From NCBI GenBank assembly GCA_964203855.1, contig CAXNNT010000002.1, positions 163,844-227,843 on the forward strand: a stretch of 64,000 bases of DNA, in the 5' to 3' direction. A model generated the notes under the pieces. The model did not search any database and had not been told where the DNA came from. It saw nothing but the letters and a program-made list of their open reading frames with translations. This document shows, piece after piece, positions 1 through 9,295 of the stretch (position 1 is the stretch's first letter; each line of letters starts with the position of its first letter). The stretch comes from Candidatus Planktophila sp. (GTDB lineage Bacteria; Actinomycetota; Actinomycetes; Nanopelagicales; Nanopelagicaceae). A program made the position numbers and the translations under genes.

Positions 1-295
1 CCAACGGTGCGGCGGCTCCGAATAGCGCAGTTTCAATCTTTTCTTCTCTAATAATATTTTTAACGGCGCGAGCTACTCGTGGAGTGGGTAGCAAAATTTT
101 TGACTTATCTCGAATGACTCTTACTCCGAAATCGCGTAACCATTTTTCATCATATTGGGATGTCTGATCTTGCTTGGATGTATAAACGGTTATCGCACCT
201 TTAGGAAGTCGCTCAATCAACCCCATCACAAAAGTCTCGATACCGCCGGCGCGAGGGCCAAAATCATTGGTAATACAGATTATTTTCTGAGGCAT
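1..295 (-). CDS. Glycosyltransferase family 4, PimB-like mannosyltransferase (5' part; runs off window)
   Basis: Manual translation from ATG at 295: MPQKIICITNDFGPRAGGIETFV...LLPTPRV...LFGAAAPL. TNDF-P-GGI and FGAAAPL are PimB-type motifs; usual position downstream of an NlpC/P60 gene. Confidence 0.85.
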   Translation of the reverse strand, partial: MPQKIICITNDFGPRAGGIETFVMGLIERLPKGAITVYTSKQDQTSQYDEKWLRDFGVRVIRDKSKILLPTPRVARAVKNIIREEKIETALFGAAAPL

Positions 296-315
296 TTATT
301 CAGCTTTAAAAATAA

Positions 316-1344
316 TTAGAGGCGACGCGCGCCGATATACGGTTTGCGCCCCAAACTAGATGCACTGGCAACCTTGACGCGTGAACCAGAACGAGGCGCA
401 TGAACCATCTTGCCGCCACCCAAATAAATTCCAACGTGAGAAATTGGGCGACCGAAGAAAATAAGATCGCCTGGCGCCAAATTGGCGCGTTTAATCGATT
501 TTCCATAATTGTATTGTGCGCGCGATGAGTGCGGCAGTGAGACGCCAGCGGTCTGATATGCCCGCATAGTTAGTCCCGAACAATCCCAATAAGTCATTCC
601 GTCGGCGCCAAAAACATACTTATCGCCGATCTGTTTCAAGGCAAATTGCAAAGCTTTACCAGCGCGACCCGATACACCAGAGGCTGACTTTGCGGCGGCT
701 AGCGATGAAGCTTGATCGGCATCTTCTTCTTCTTGTGCCAATCTTGCCAGGCGTTCACGATCTGCCTTCTTTAACTTTGCCAGCAAAGCCTCTGCTTCAG
801 CAAGTTTGGAAATTGCCTGCGCGCTCTGGGCCGCTAATTTTTTCTGCGTTGCAGTAACCAGAGCCAACTTGTCATTGACAGTCAATGACGTTGCGGTCAA
901 CCGCTGCTTTGCTGCTTGGAATTTTCTTAACTCGACAGATTTCTTTCTGGTTATCGCCTCAAGAGAACCGGCTGCAGATAAGTAAAGTGCTGGATCAGAT
1001 GAAAAGAGAAGTTCTAGGCTTTGGCCTAAACCTCCGGTCTTATATTGTTCGATTGCGATTGCACTTAGAGTTTTGGAAAGTTCGCTTACGCTCTTGCTCT
1101 GCACCGCTTCCTTTGCCTGAATTGTGGCCAAGGTGCGATTTAGTGAGGCGAGTTTTACCTTTGCTTCTTGCGCGCCTTCTGCGGCAGTCGTTGCCTCTTC
1201 TTCTAGCTGTCTAACCTTTGCTTGAACCTGCGCCAAAGTTTGCGCCGCATCTGCGTTGGGCGCAGTAAAAAGTGGCGCCGCAATTGCAAGTATGGCAATC
1301 GCTACCGCCGTACGCAGGCGAAGATGCAGGGCGTTAATTGACAT
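316..1344 (-). CDS. Secreted NlpC/P60 (C40) peptidoglycan endopeptidase with coiled-coil N-terminus, RipC-like
   Basis: Signal peptide, long coiled coil, DCSGL catalytic Cys, LAPGDLIFF and SHVGIYLG motifs. Confidence 0.92.
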   Translation of the reverse strand: MSINALHLRLRTAVAIAILAIAAPLFTAPNADAAQTLAQVQAKVRQLEEEATTAAEGAQEAKVKLASLNRTLATIQAKEAVQSKSVSELSKTLSAIAIEQYKTGGLGQSLELLFSSDPALYLSAAGSLEAITRKKSVELRKFQAAKQRLTATSLTVNDKLALVTATQKKLAAQSAQAISKLAEAEALLAKLKKADRERLARLAQEEEDADQASSLAAAKSASGVSGRAGKALQFALKQIGDKYVFGADGMTYWDCSGLTMRAYQTAGVSLPHSSRAQYNYGKSIKRANLAPGDLIFFGRPISHVGIYLGGGKMVHAPRSGSRVKVASASSLGRKPYIGARRL

Positions 1345-1431
1345 AAGAGTTCTAGGTTAACGCTGGTTATATCGTTGGCTCAACTTAAGGTAAGCGTGGC
1401 TAGGCTGTGAATTTAATTATTTTCAGCCATT

Positions 1432-1617
1432 TCACGCTGAATTAAAGCGCAGCGGACGAACTATTCCGCGAGATGAGAGTAAATCAATTGCCTCGGCGGT
1501 TGTATCAGGAATCTCGCAGTGCGTTGATTTATCCCGATTCTTATCCAAGAAAAATGTCAGGACACAATCACCACATCCGATATCTCGAACTGCACAGGTT
1601 TCACATTTAATGATCAT
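1432..1617 (-). CDS. 61-aa Cys-rich small protein (C-x2-C-x6-C-x2-C)
   Basis: MIIKCETCAVRDIGCGDCVLTFFL...; ATG at 1617 lies 7 nt downstream of a TATCGT -10. The longer 126-aa ORF call overlaps the opposite-strand gene. Confidence 0.75.
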   Translation of the reverse strand: MIIKCETCAVRDIGCGDCVLTFFLDKNRDKSTHCEIPDTTAEAIDLLSSRGIVRPLRFNSA

Positions 1618-1624
1618 GCGAGAA

Positions 1625-1646
1625 ACGATAAAGGCGCCCACTGACA
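1625..1646 (-). promoter_or_regulatory. RecA-NDp / PafBC-type promoter
   Basis: Minus strand reads tTGTCAGtg-GGCGCCTT-TATCGT, matching the consensus tTGTCRGtg-N8-TAnnnT. Confidence 0.75.
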
Positions 1647-1684
1647 ACCCAAATAAAGTCCTCGCGCGCGATAACCTTTCGGCC

Positions 1685-2182
1685 ATGTCAGTCTTTGCAT
1701 CCTTAGTGGTCGGCGCCGATGGATCCACTTCCAAGGACGGCTCATCGAGCGGGATTTCTAGCGGGGCTGACCGAACAACCTTCCTAGCCCGCCGGCGCAA
1801 AGCCGACTTCATTTTAATTGGCGGGCAAACGGCCCGTACCGAGCCATATCACCGCACGCCCGTTCCTGTCGTCGTTGCTTCGCACTCGATGATAAACGCC
1901 CTTGCAGATAACCGTTTAGCCCACTGGTGGAATCTCTCCCCTGTCAGCGCCCTGGAAAAAGGCATCAAGAAATTTGGTCCGAACGTCCTTGTCGAGGCAG
2001 GTCCACGATTAATTAACGAGCTAATTCAAGCCAGAGTTCTAGATGGTATTTTCTTAAGTATTACTAGCGTTACTGGTGGCGAAGATTTAATTCAAGTAGA
2101 TGAACTTTTATCGAAATTTAGCGTTATTGAAAGAGATGAAATCCAAGGAACTCTTTTTATCGAAGCTAAAACGCTGAAATAA
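1685..2182 (+). CDS. RibD C-terminal / dihydrofolate reductase-like protein
   Basis: SLVVGADGS, ADFILIGGQTARTEPY and VLVEAGPRL motifs. Start placed at ATG 1685, 7 nt after TAACCT. Confidence 0.75.
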   Translation: MSVFASLVVGADGSTSKDGSSSGISSGADRTTFLARRRKADFILIGGQTARTEPYHRTPVPVVVASHSMINALADNRLAHWWNLSPVSALEKGIKKFGPNVLVEAGPRLINELIQARVLDGIFLSITSVTGGEDLIQVDELLSKFSVIERDEIQGTLFIEAKTLK

Positions 2183-3008
2183 TCGCAACTCCGGCAACGG
2201 CGGCAAAAATTCCAAGATACTGAATTCGGTGCAATCGCTCGCCTAAGAATTGGAATGCCAGCAGGGCTGTGAAAATTGGATAAAGCGCACCGAGCACCAT
2301 TGATAAAGTGAGATTGCCCTTAGTTGTTGCAACACCCAATAACAAATTTGCAAGGAAGTCAGCGCAGCCGATAAAAATTAATATCGGAGAATGCTTTAAC
2401 TTTAATCCGCCGAGCGTTCGGTACTTCGCTAAAATTCCAAGTGAGACCAACAGAGTTGTTGCACGCATCATGACCATGGTCATCAGTGCACTTTCTTGTG
2501 ATCCAATTGCCATAAAAACTAGCGCTGTTCCAAAGCCACCAGCTGCACCGAGTGCGAGAATTAGTGGCTTTATTGGTAACCCCTGAGATAACTCTGGGCC
2601 ACTTGCTAAAAATGCACCAACTATTGCCAGCGCTGCGCCGATCGAAAGTATCAGCGTTAAACGATCGCCCTTAATAAAATATGCATAACCAACTGGAATA
2701 AGCGCTGATAATCCGCTGATAGGTGAAACAACTCCCATGCGACCAGTTGAAAGTCCAGCGTATAAACAAATTAATCCGCAATAACCGAGAATTCCAGCCA
2801 GCGCTCCTGGAATGAAGTACCCGTCTGTTCCAAAAGCGTTACTTGAAAAGTCACCACTTACGAGTACAAGTCCAATTCCGAATACCAAGCCGATCGCCTG
2901 CGAAATCCCGAGAACCGCTATCGCCGGATGTGCCTTACTTAATTTTCCTCCGTGGTAATCGGCCGTTCCCCATAAAAGGCTTGAGAAGAGGGCTAGCAAA
3001 GTGGCCAT
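2166..3008 (-). CDS. DMT/EamA family transporter
   Basis: About 10 hydrophobic helices, LLWGTADYHGG, C-terminal LGERL motif. Confidence 0.85.
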   Translation of the reverse strand: MATLLALFSSLLWGTADYHGGKLSKAHPAIAVLGISQAIGLVFGIGLVLVSGDFSSNAFGTDGYFIPGALAGILGYCGLICLYAGLSTGRMGVVSPISGLSALIPVGYAYFIKGDRLTLILSIGAALAIVGAFLASGPELSQGLPIKPLILALGAAGGFGTALVFMAIGSQESALMTMVMMRATTLLVSLGILAKYRTLGGLKLKHSPILIFIGCADFLANLLLGVATTKGNLTLSMVLGALYPIFTALLAFQFLGERLHRIQYLGIFAAVAGVAIISAF

Positions 3009-3079
3009 AGCAGGCAAGACTACACAACCTTGCGCCCCGCCTCCCACTTAAAGAGAACGGCTATCTTTAGAATTAACTA

Positions 3080-3661
3080 GTGGATGTCGCCCAATTCAAT
3101 CGCATGATTGATCAACTTCGTGTTGTTACTCCACGCGCGGAAATCATTCTCGAAGAAGTTCCAGCGCCGCAAAAATTAGCAACTTTCGCTTTTGCATTTA
3201 CCGCAGATGTTTCAAATGGATTACTAGGCGATGCCGAGGATGAAATTGCATCAGGACGCTTTGTCTTATTGCACGAACCAGGTGGACAAGAAACTTGGGA
3301 AGGCGAATTCCGCTGCGTTACTTTTCTAAGCGCCGATGTTGATGAAGCAATGCAAGATGATCCGCTTTTGCCAGAAGTCGGTTGGAGTTGGTTATTAGAT
3401 TCACTATCGGAAGCCGGCTGCGAATTTAACGCTCCAAGCGGAACTGTCACCCGAGTATCTAGCGCGTCCTTTGGAAAACTTTCACCGCGCAATGACGAAT
3501 CTGAAATTGAGATTCGCGCATCCTGGAGTCCCATCATTAAAGAGAGCAGTGACATGCTGGCGCATATACAAGCGTGGTGTAATTTATTAGGCGAAGTTGC
3601 CGGCCTGCCTCCAGTCGTTGAAGGCGTCGCACCAATTTCTGCAGCTCGCCGCAAGGCTTAA
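3080..3661 (+). CDS. DUF3000 family protein
   Basis: EEVPAPQKLA, GRFVLLHEP, DPLLPEVGWSWL and EIRASWSP motifs; conserved position before rnd. Confidence 0.85.
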   Translation: MDVAQFNRMIDQLRVVTPRAEIILEEVPAPQKLATFAFAFTADVSNGLLGDAEDEIASGRFVLLHEPGGQETWEGEFRCVTFLSADVDEAMQDDPLLPEVGWSWLLDSLSEAGCEFNAPSGTVTRVSSASFGKLSPRNDESEIEIRASWSPIIKESSDMLAHIQAWCNLLGEVAGLPPVVEGVAPISAARRKA

Positions 3662-3675
3662 CGCATCTCTTATTT

Positions 3676-4995
3676 ATGAGCGAACCTACAAAATCACCTG
3701 TTGACCCGGCCGAGGAAAATTCAGCAGTTGCCGCGACTGCAATTGCGCTACTAGCCCCACAAAACGGAGTTCCGCAGGTCATAGATAATGAGTCGCTATT
3801 TGAACGCGCCCTGGCTGAGTTAGCACAAGGTTCTGGTCCCTTTGCAGTTGATGCCGAACGTGCATCTGGATTTAAATTCAGTGCGCGAGCATATTTGATT
3901 CAAATAAAGCGCCACAATGGCGGACTTCATTTGATTGATCCAATTCCATTTGGTCCAGGGCATCGTTTATTTGTTGAGTTAAATACTTTGTTGCAAAGCG
4001 ATGAAGTGATCTTGCACGCCAGCACCCAAGATCTACCTTGTCTGCGCGAACTCGGAATAAATCCAGTTAGCTTATTTGATACCGAACTTGGCGGACGTCT
4101 TGCCGGATTGCCCCGCGTAGGCCTGGGCCCACTTTTAGAATCGTTAATGGAAGTCTCGCTTGCAAAAGAACATTCTGCTGCAGATTGGTCACAACGTCCG
4201 CTGCCGCAAGATTGGCTTAACTATGCAGCCCTAGACGTTGAACTACTTATTGAATTGCGCGACAAAGTTCATGCGCTATTAGCGAGCGCGAATAAATTAA
4301 AATGGGCGCAGCAGGAATTTCAAGCAATCCTTAGCGCTCCCCCGGCACCACCGAGAATTGATCCATGGCGCAGGACATCAGGAATGCATAAAGTTAAAAA
4401 GCGTGAACAACTAGCCATCGTGCGAGCGCTATGGACGGTGCGCAATGAGATCGCCCAGGAAGTTGATATCTCGCAGGGACGACTGCTATCCGATGCCGCA
4501 ATTGTCGAACTTTCGATGGTTGCCCATGCCAAACAACTCAAGACAAAGAAAGATCTAGAACGCGCTTTACGGCCACTTGGGTTGCGAGCGCGTTGGATGG
4601 AAAATTCTGCGACTTGGATAAGCACGATTACCGATGCCATCGCCCTGCCGGAAGAGCAGTGGCCGAAGGCGCGCTCTGATGCTGACTCGCTCCCCCCTTT
4701 AAAGATCTGGCGTGAGCGTTTTCCCGAGAAATATGCACCGCTGACCCACGCTAAAGCGCGCCTTACCGAGAAATCCGCTGAGCTGGCGATTCCCTTGGAA
4801 AATATGATTACCCCTGAATATGTACGCAGAATCTGTTGGATCGCGCCAAAAGGCTCTGTAGCGCAGGCTCTGGCTACTCTGGGTGCACGTACCTGGCAGA
4901 TCGAGATCGCAGCGCCTATTTTGGAGGCTGCCCTGCTTGAGACCGAACCCTTGGTCGAGCCTGTAACCGAGGGCGAGGAAGCAGGGCTCGAATAG
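3676..4995 (+). CDS. rnd: Ribonuclease D (3'-5' exonuclease + HRDC)
   Basis: AVDAERASG, LFDTELGGRL, ADWSQRPLP and YAALDVE motifs. Confidence 0.93.
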   Translation: MSEPTKSPVDPAEENSAVAATAIALLAPQNGVPQVIDNESLFERALAELAQGSGPFAVDAERASGFKFSARAYLIQIKRHNGGLHLIDPIPFGPGHRLFVELNTLLQSDEVILHASTQDLPCLRELGINPVSLFDTELGGRLAGLPRVGLGPLLESLMEVSLAKEHSAADWSQRPLPQDWLNYAALDVELLIELRDKVHALLASANKLKWAQQEFQAILSAPPAPPRIDPWRRTSGMHKVKKREQLAIVRALWTVRNEIAQEVDISQGRLLSDAAIVELSMVAHAKQLKTKKDLERALRPLGLRARWMENSATWISTITDAIALPEEQWPKARSDADSLPPLKIWRERFPEKYAPLTHAKARLTEKSAELAIPLENMITPEYVRRICWIAPKGSVAQALATLGARTWQIEIAAPILEAALLETEPLVEPVTEGEEAGLE

Positions 4996-5003
4996 CTGTG
5001 ATG

Positions 5004-5031
5004 AATTACGCAACACTTAAGTTGCGTAATT
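5004..5031. promoter_or_regulatory. Perfect 11-bp inverted repeat overlapping the -35 of the efeU promoter (operator, or rnd terminator)
   Basis: AATTACGCAAC-acttaa-GTTGCGTAATT; TTGCGT(5022)-N17-TAGATT(5045)-N6-ATG(5057). Confidence 0.6.
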
Positions 5032-5056
5032 AGCCGAGCGGTTCTAGATTATGACC

Positions 5057-5888
5057 ATGTTGAGCACATTTATTATCGCCTTGCGCGAAGGCCTAGAAGC
5101 CGCGCTAATTGTCGGAATTTTGGTTGCCTACGTGGTGCGCACTGATCGTCGCCATTTGCTAAAGCCACTTTGGACCGGAGTCGGCGTTGCCCTGGGTGCA
5201 AGCTTGGCACTTGGAGGGTTGCTCGCATTTACCTCTGCTGAATTATCTGATCGCGGAGAAGAGTTATTCGCTGGCCTCACATCTTTTGCCGCGGTTGGAC
5301 TTGTTACGTGGATGGTCTTCTGGATGAAGCGCACAGCACGCAATTTGCGCAATGAGTTGCACGGCAAAATAGATGGTGCGCTAATGGGAGGCCCAATAAG
5401 CCTTGCTTTAGTGGCTTTTTTCGCTGTTGCTCGCGAAGGTTTAGAAACTGCACTCTTTGTTTACAGTAACTTTAAAACTGTTGGCGTTGCATCAACTGCC
5501 ACAGTTGGCTTAATACTTGGTCTTGGCCTTGCAGTCTTTCTTGGATATTGCAATCTATAACCGATCAGTTAAATTAGATTTATCAAAATTCTTTACGATC
5601 ACTGGCGTTGCGCTAATCATCATTGCAGCCGGTGTTCTCTCTTACGGAATCCACGAGTTCCAGGAACTTGGATATCTGCCAGGAGTGGATAGTTTCCTTT
5701 GGGATGTAACTCCTTGGATTGCTAAGGAATCACTACTTAGCTCACTCTTGGGCGGGCTTGTTGGTTTCGATACAACAACTTCCTTCGTCCAATTCATCGG
5801 CTGGAGCATCTACCTACTTGCAGTGCTTATTCCATACCTATCAAAGGGTAAGGGCGCGACAAAGCCGAAGGTTTCAGTCTCCGCTTAG
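5057..5888 (+). CDS. efeU: FTR1/EfeU family iron permease (apparent frameshift near 5548)
   Basis: Two REGLE iron-transport motifs; adjoining ORFs 5051-5560 and 5517-5888 continue one protein. Confidence 0.88.
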
Positions 5889-5909
5889 CCGAAACTGTTC
5901 CACTTTTGC

Positions 5910-5924
5910 CTACTGACGAGTAAC
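5910..5924. promoter_or_regulatory. TACT-N4-AGTA palindrome upstream of fadAB, candidate fatty-acid degradation repressor site
   Basis: cTACTgacgAGTAac about 70 nt before the thiolase start. Confidence 0.45.
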
Positions 5925-5995
5925 ATTTCTCAATGAGCCCGCGGCTACCCATTCACGGTAGATCTTTGCAGGCGCTAAAGAGAAAGTAGTTTTAA

Positions 5996-7190
5996 ATGTC
6001 TCGCACCGTTGTCCTAGTTGATGCTGTTCGTACCCCATTTGGAAAGGCCGGCAGCATGTACTCCGGCACGCGCGCCGATGACTTAATGGTTCGCGCAATG
6101 CGTGGTCTGCTCGAGCGCAATCCAAAAGTTTCACCTGATGCGATCGAAGACGTTGCAATCGCGGCTGCCACTCAAACAGGTGATCAAGGTATGAATTTAG
6201 GTCGCAGCGTTTCACTTTTGGCAGGTTTGCCAAATACCGTGCCAGGTTATTCAGTAGATCGTTGGTGTGCGGGTGCGATGACAGCGATGACTTCACTGGC
6301 TGGTGCGATCGCAATTGGTTCAATTGATATCGCAATTGCTGGCGGTGTTGAACATATGGGAAATCATCCGATCGGTGAAGGCATTGATCCAAATCCGCGC
6401 TTTCTAGCGGAACAAGATTGTGGAACAAGATGCGCTCGCCATGGGCGCAACAGCAGAGCGCTTGCATGATCGTTTTCCGCAGTTAACTAAAGAGCGCGCA
6501 GATCGTTATGCATACAACTCTCAGATGAAAACTGCCGCTGCCTACGCTGCCGGCAAAATTCAACGCGATTTAATTCCAACTGCTGCGCGAATTCCAGAGA
6601 TGGGTTGGGGTATTGCTAGCGTTGATGAACCACCGCGTCCCACAACAACGATGGAGGGTTTAGCAACACTGAAGACTCCCTTTCGCCCAGCAGGGCGTGT
6701 TACCCCAGGCAATTCATCTGGCTTAAACGATGGCGCAACTGCTGCCTTGCTTGCTAGCGAAGATAAAGCGAAAGAACTTGGATTAACAATTAAAGCAAAG
6801 TTAGTGACATATGCATTCGCCGGAGTAGAACCAGAAGTAATGGGATACGGACCTGTGCCATCAACAATTAAGGCTCTCGCAAAAGCCGGTTTAACAATTA
6901 GCGATATCGGGGCTTTTGAAGTCAATGAGGCCTTTGCTGTGCAAGTAATCGCATTTCTTGATCACTTCGGAATCGCCGACGATGATCCGCGAGTAAATCC
7001 TTACGGTGGCGCAATCGCTGTGGGTCATCCACTTGCATCATCTGGAATTCGCTTAGCTCTTAACTTAGCTCGCACTTTTGAAGAGCACCCTGAAGTGCGT
7101 TACGGCCTAACAACTATGTGTATCGGTCTGGGCATGGGCGGCAGCGTTATTTGGGAAAATCCACACTTTTCTGGAGGATCAAAGTCATGA
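5996..7190 (+). CDS. fadA: Acetyl-CoA C-acyltransferase (thiolase) (apparent frameshift near 6413)
   Basis: VRTPFGK, DRWCAGAM, NEAFA, GHPLASSG and MCIGLGMG motifs across two ORFs. Confidence 0.92.
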
Positions 7191-9295
7191 CTACCGAAAT
7201 TAAATTACCTGAAGGCGCTCCAGAAGAAGTTGTTACCAACGCACTTGTTCGCGATGTGGATTTAACTCCATTTGGCTTTGCAGGATCGCTGGCGCTTATA
7301 ACTTTGGAAAACGGATTAGATCACACGCGCCCTAATACCTTTGGTCCGCAATCACTTGCCGCCTTAAATGCCGCAATTTCCGATGCCATTGGCCGCTCCC
7401 CTGCCGCGATTGCAATTACTGGAAAGCCTTTTATCTTTGCCGCCGGTGCGGATCTTTCAGCGCTTTCATTTCTTACAGAGCGCACACAATCCCTTGCCAT
7501 TGGAAAACTAGGTCACGATGTTTTTCGTCGCCTGGATGAGTGTGGAATTCCAACATTTGCATTTATAAATGGGCTAGCCCTCGGTGGCGGACTTGAAGTT
7601 GGTCTGCATTGCAACTACCGCACTTTGGCATCAACGGCCTTCACGGGGTTACCTGAAGTGTTCTTAGGTTTGGTACCCGGATGGGGCGGCGCAACCATTT
7701 TGCCTAAGTTAATTGGACCAGAACGCGCCGTACAAGTGATCATGTTAAATGCGTTAAATAACAACACGATGATGAAGGCCAAAGATGCGCTATCACTTGG
7801 TGTTGTCGATGCAGTTTACGAGCCTGCTGATTTCCTAGAGCGTTCTGTTTCATTTGCTGCCAAAATCCTTGCGGGTGAAACCAAGATAGAGCGTAAGGAT
7901 TATTCAAACGACCCTGCCTGGGATACCGCCCTGGCAACCGGAAAAGCTGCGGCGCTTAAGAAATACGGCGGCGCTGAAATTGCATCTCCAATGCGCGCGC
8001 TAGAACTTATCGCCGCCGCTCGCACAAATACTCGCGGTGCAGGTTTTGATGCCGAAGATCAAGCGTTGGCTGATTTAACAATGTCAGATCCACTGCGCGC
8101 TTCACTATATGCATTTAATTTAATTCAGAAGAAGCGCAAAAAAGTTGAAGGTGCACCAAAGCCTGCCTTGGCTCGCAAGGTAAGCAAGGTTGGTGTCGTG
8201 GGTGCTGGCCTGATGGCCTCGCAACTTGCACTGCTTCTGCTTCGCAATCTCAAATGCCCAATTGTCATGACAGATATTGATCAAGAGCGTGCAGATAAAG
8301 GCGTTGCCTGGGTGAAGAACGAATTGGCTAAATTAGTTGAGAAAAAGCGAATGAGCCAAGAAAGTGCGAATCGGCTTTCGCTCTTGGTTAGCGGCTCTGC
8401 TGATCAAAATTCATTCGCGGGATGCGATTTCATAATCGAAGCCATCTTTGAAGAACTCTCCCTAAAGCAAGAGCTATTTAAGAAGCTTGAAACTATCGTT
8501 TCACCAGAATGTGTTTTAGCAACTAATACTTCATCACTTTCTGTAGAGCGTATGAGCGAAGGACTTAAGAATCCAGAGCGCGTAATTGGCTTCCACTTCT
8601 TCAACCCGGTTGCAGTCATGCCACTTCTAGAAGTCGCGCGCACATCAAAGACTGATGATGCAACTACCGCAACTGCTGTCGGCGTTGGCAAAGATCTCAA
8701 GAAGACCATGATCATTTGTAAAGATGCGCCCGGCTTCGTGGTTAATCGCCTGTTGACTCGCTTTATGGGTGAAGTAACTGATGCCGTTGATGAGGGTACT
8801 TCGCCCGAAGTAGCTGACAATGCGATGCGCAGTATTGGATTTCCAATGTCACCGTTTGAACTACTTGATCTAGTAGGTCCGGGTGTCGCACTCCATGTTT
8901 CACAGACGCTGCATGAAAACCTTGGTCCGCGCTATCGCATCTCACCTACTATGCAAGCGATGGTCGCCAGTAAGGTTCGCAACTTCTACATTAAAGGCGC
9001 CGATGGGAAATTAGGTGCCAATCCTGAAGCGTTGGCGTTAATTAATAAAGGAAACAGCGCCTCAACTGCCGAGCAAGTTCGCGATCGCGCCCTAAAAGCT
9101 CTAGCCACTGAAGCGCGCATGATGCTCGATGAAGGAGTTGTTTCAACGGCTGCAGAAATTGATCTCTGCATGTTGATGGGCTCTGGCTGGCCGATGCATC
9201 TCGGCGGAATCTTGCCTTACTTAGATCGTGAAGGAATTAGCGTTGCTGCTTGCGGTCAACGTTTTCACGCGCCGGGGATTGCATCTCTTCCATAG
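7187..9295 (+). CDS. fadB: Fatty acid oxidation multifunctional enzyme (enoyl-CoA hydratase + 3-hydroxyacyl-CoA dehydrogenase)
   Basis: AAGADL, GGGLE, VVGAGLMA, ATNTSSL and HFFNP motifs; ATGA overlap with fadA. Confidence 0.92.
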   Translation: MTTEIKLPEGAPEEVVTNALVRDVDLTPFGFAGSLALITLENGLDHTRPNTFGPQSLAALNAAISDAIGRSPAAIAITGKPFIFAAGADLSALSFLTERTQSLAIGKLGHDVFRRLDECGIPTFAFINGLALGGGLEVGLHCNYRTLASTAFTGLPEVFLGLVPGWGGATILPKLIGPERAVQVIMLNALNNNTMMKAKDALSLGVVDAVYEPADFLERSVSFAAKILAGETKIERKDYSNDPAWDTALATGKAAALKKYGGAEIASPMRALELIAAARTNTRGAGFDAEDQALADLTMSDPLRASLYAFNLIQKKRKKVEGAPKPALARKVSKVGVVGAGLMASQLALLLLRNLKCPIVMTDIDQERADKGVAWVKNELAKLVEKKRMSQESANRLSLLVSGSADQNSFAGCDFIIEAIFEELSLKQELFKKLETIVSPECVLATNTSSLSVERMSEGLKNPERVIGFHFFNPVAVMPLLEVARTSKTDDATTATAVGVGKDLKKTMIICKDAPGFVVNRLLTRFMGEVTDAVDEGTSPEVADNAMRSIGFPMSPFELLDLVGPGVALHVSQTLHENLGPRYRISPTMQAMVASKVRNFYIKGADGKLGANPEALALINKGNSASTAEQVRDRALKALATEARMMLDEGVVSTAAEIDLCMLMGSGWPMHLGGILPYLDREGISVAACGQRFHAPGIASLP

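Noticed and set aside
1618-1812. 126-aa version of the Cys-rich protein
   Set aside because: The extension overlaps the opposite-strand reductase and the predicted promoter; the ATG at 1617 fits better.
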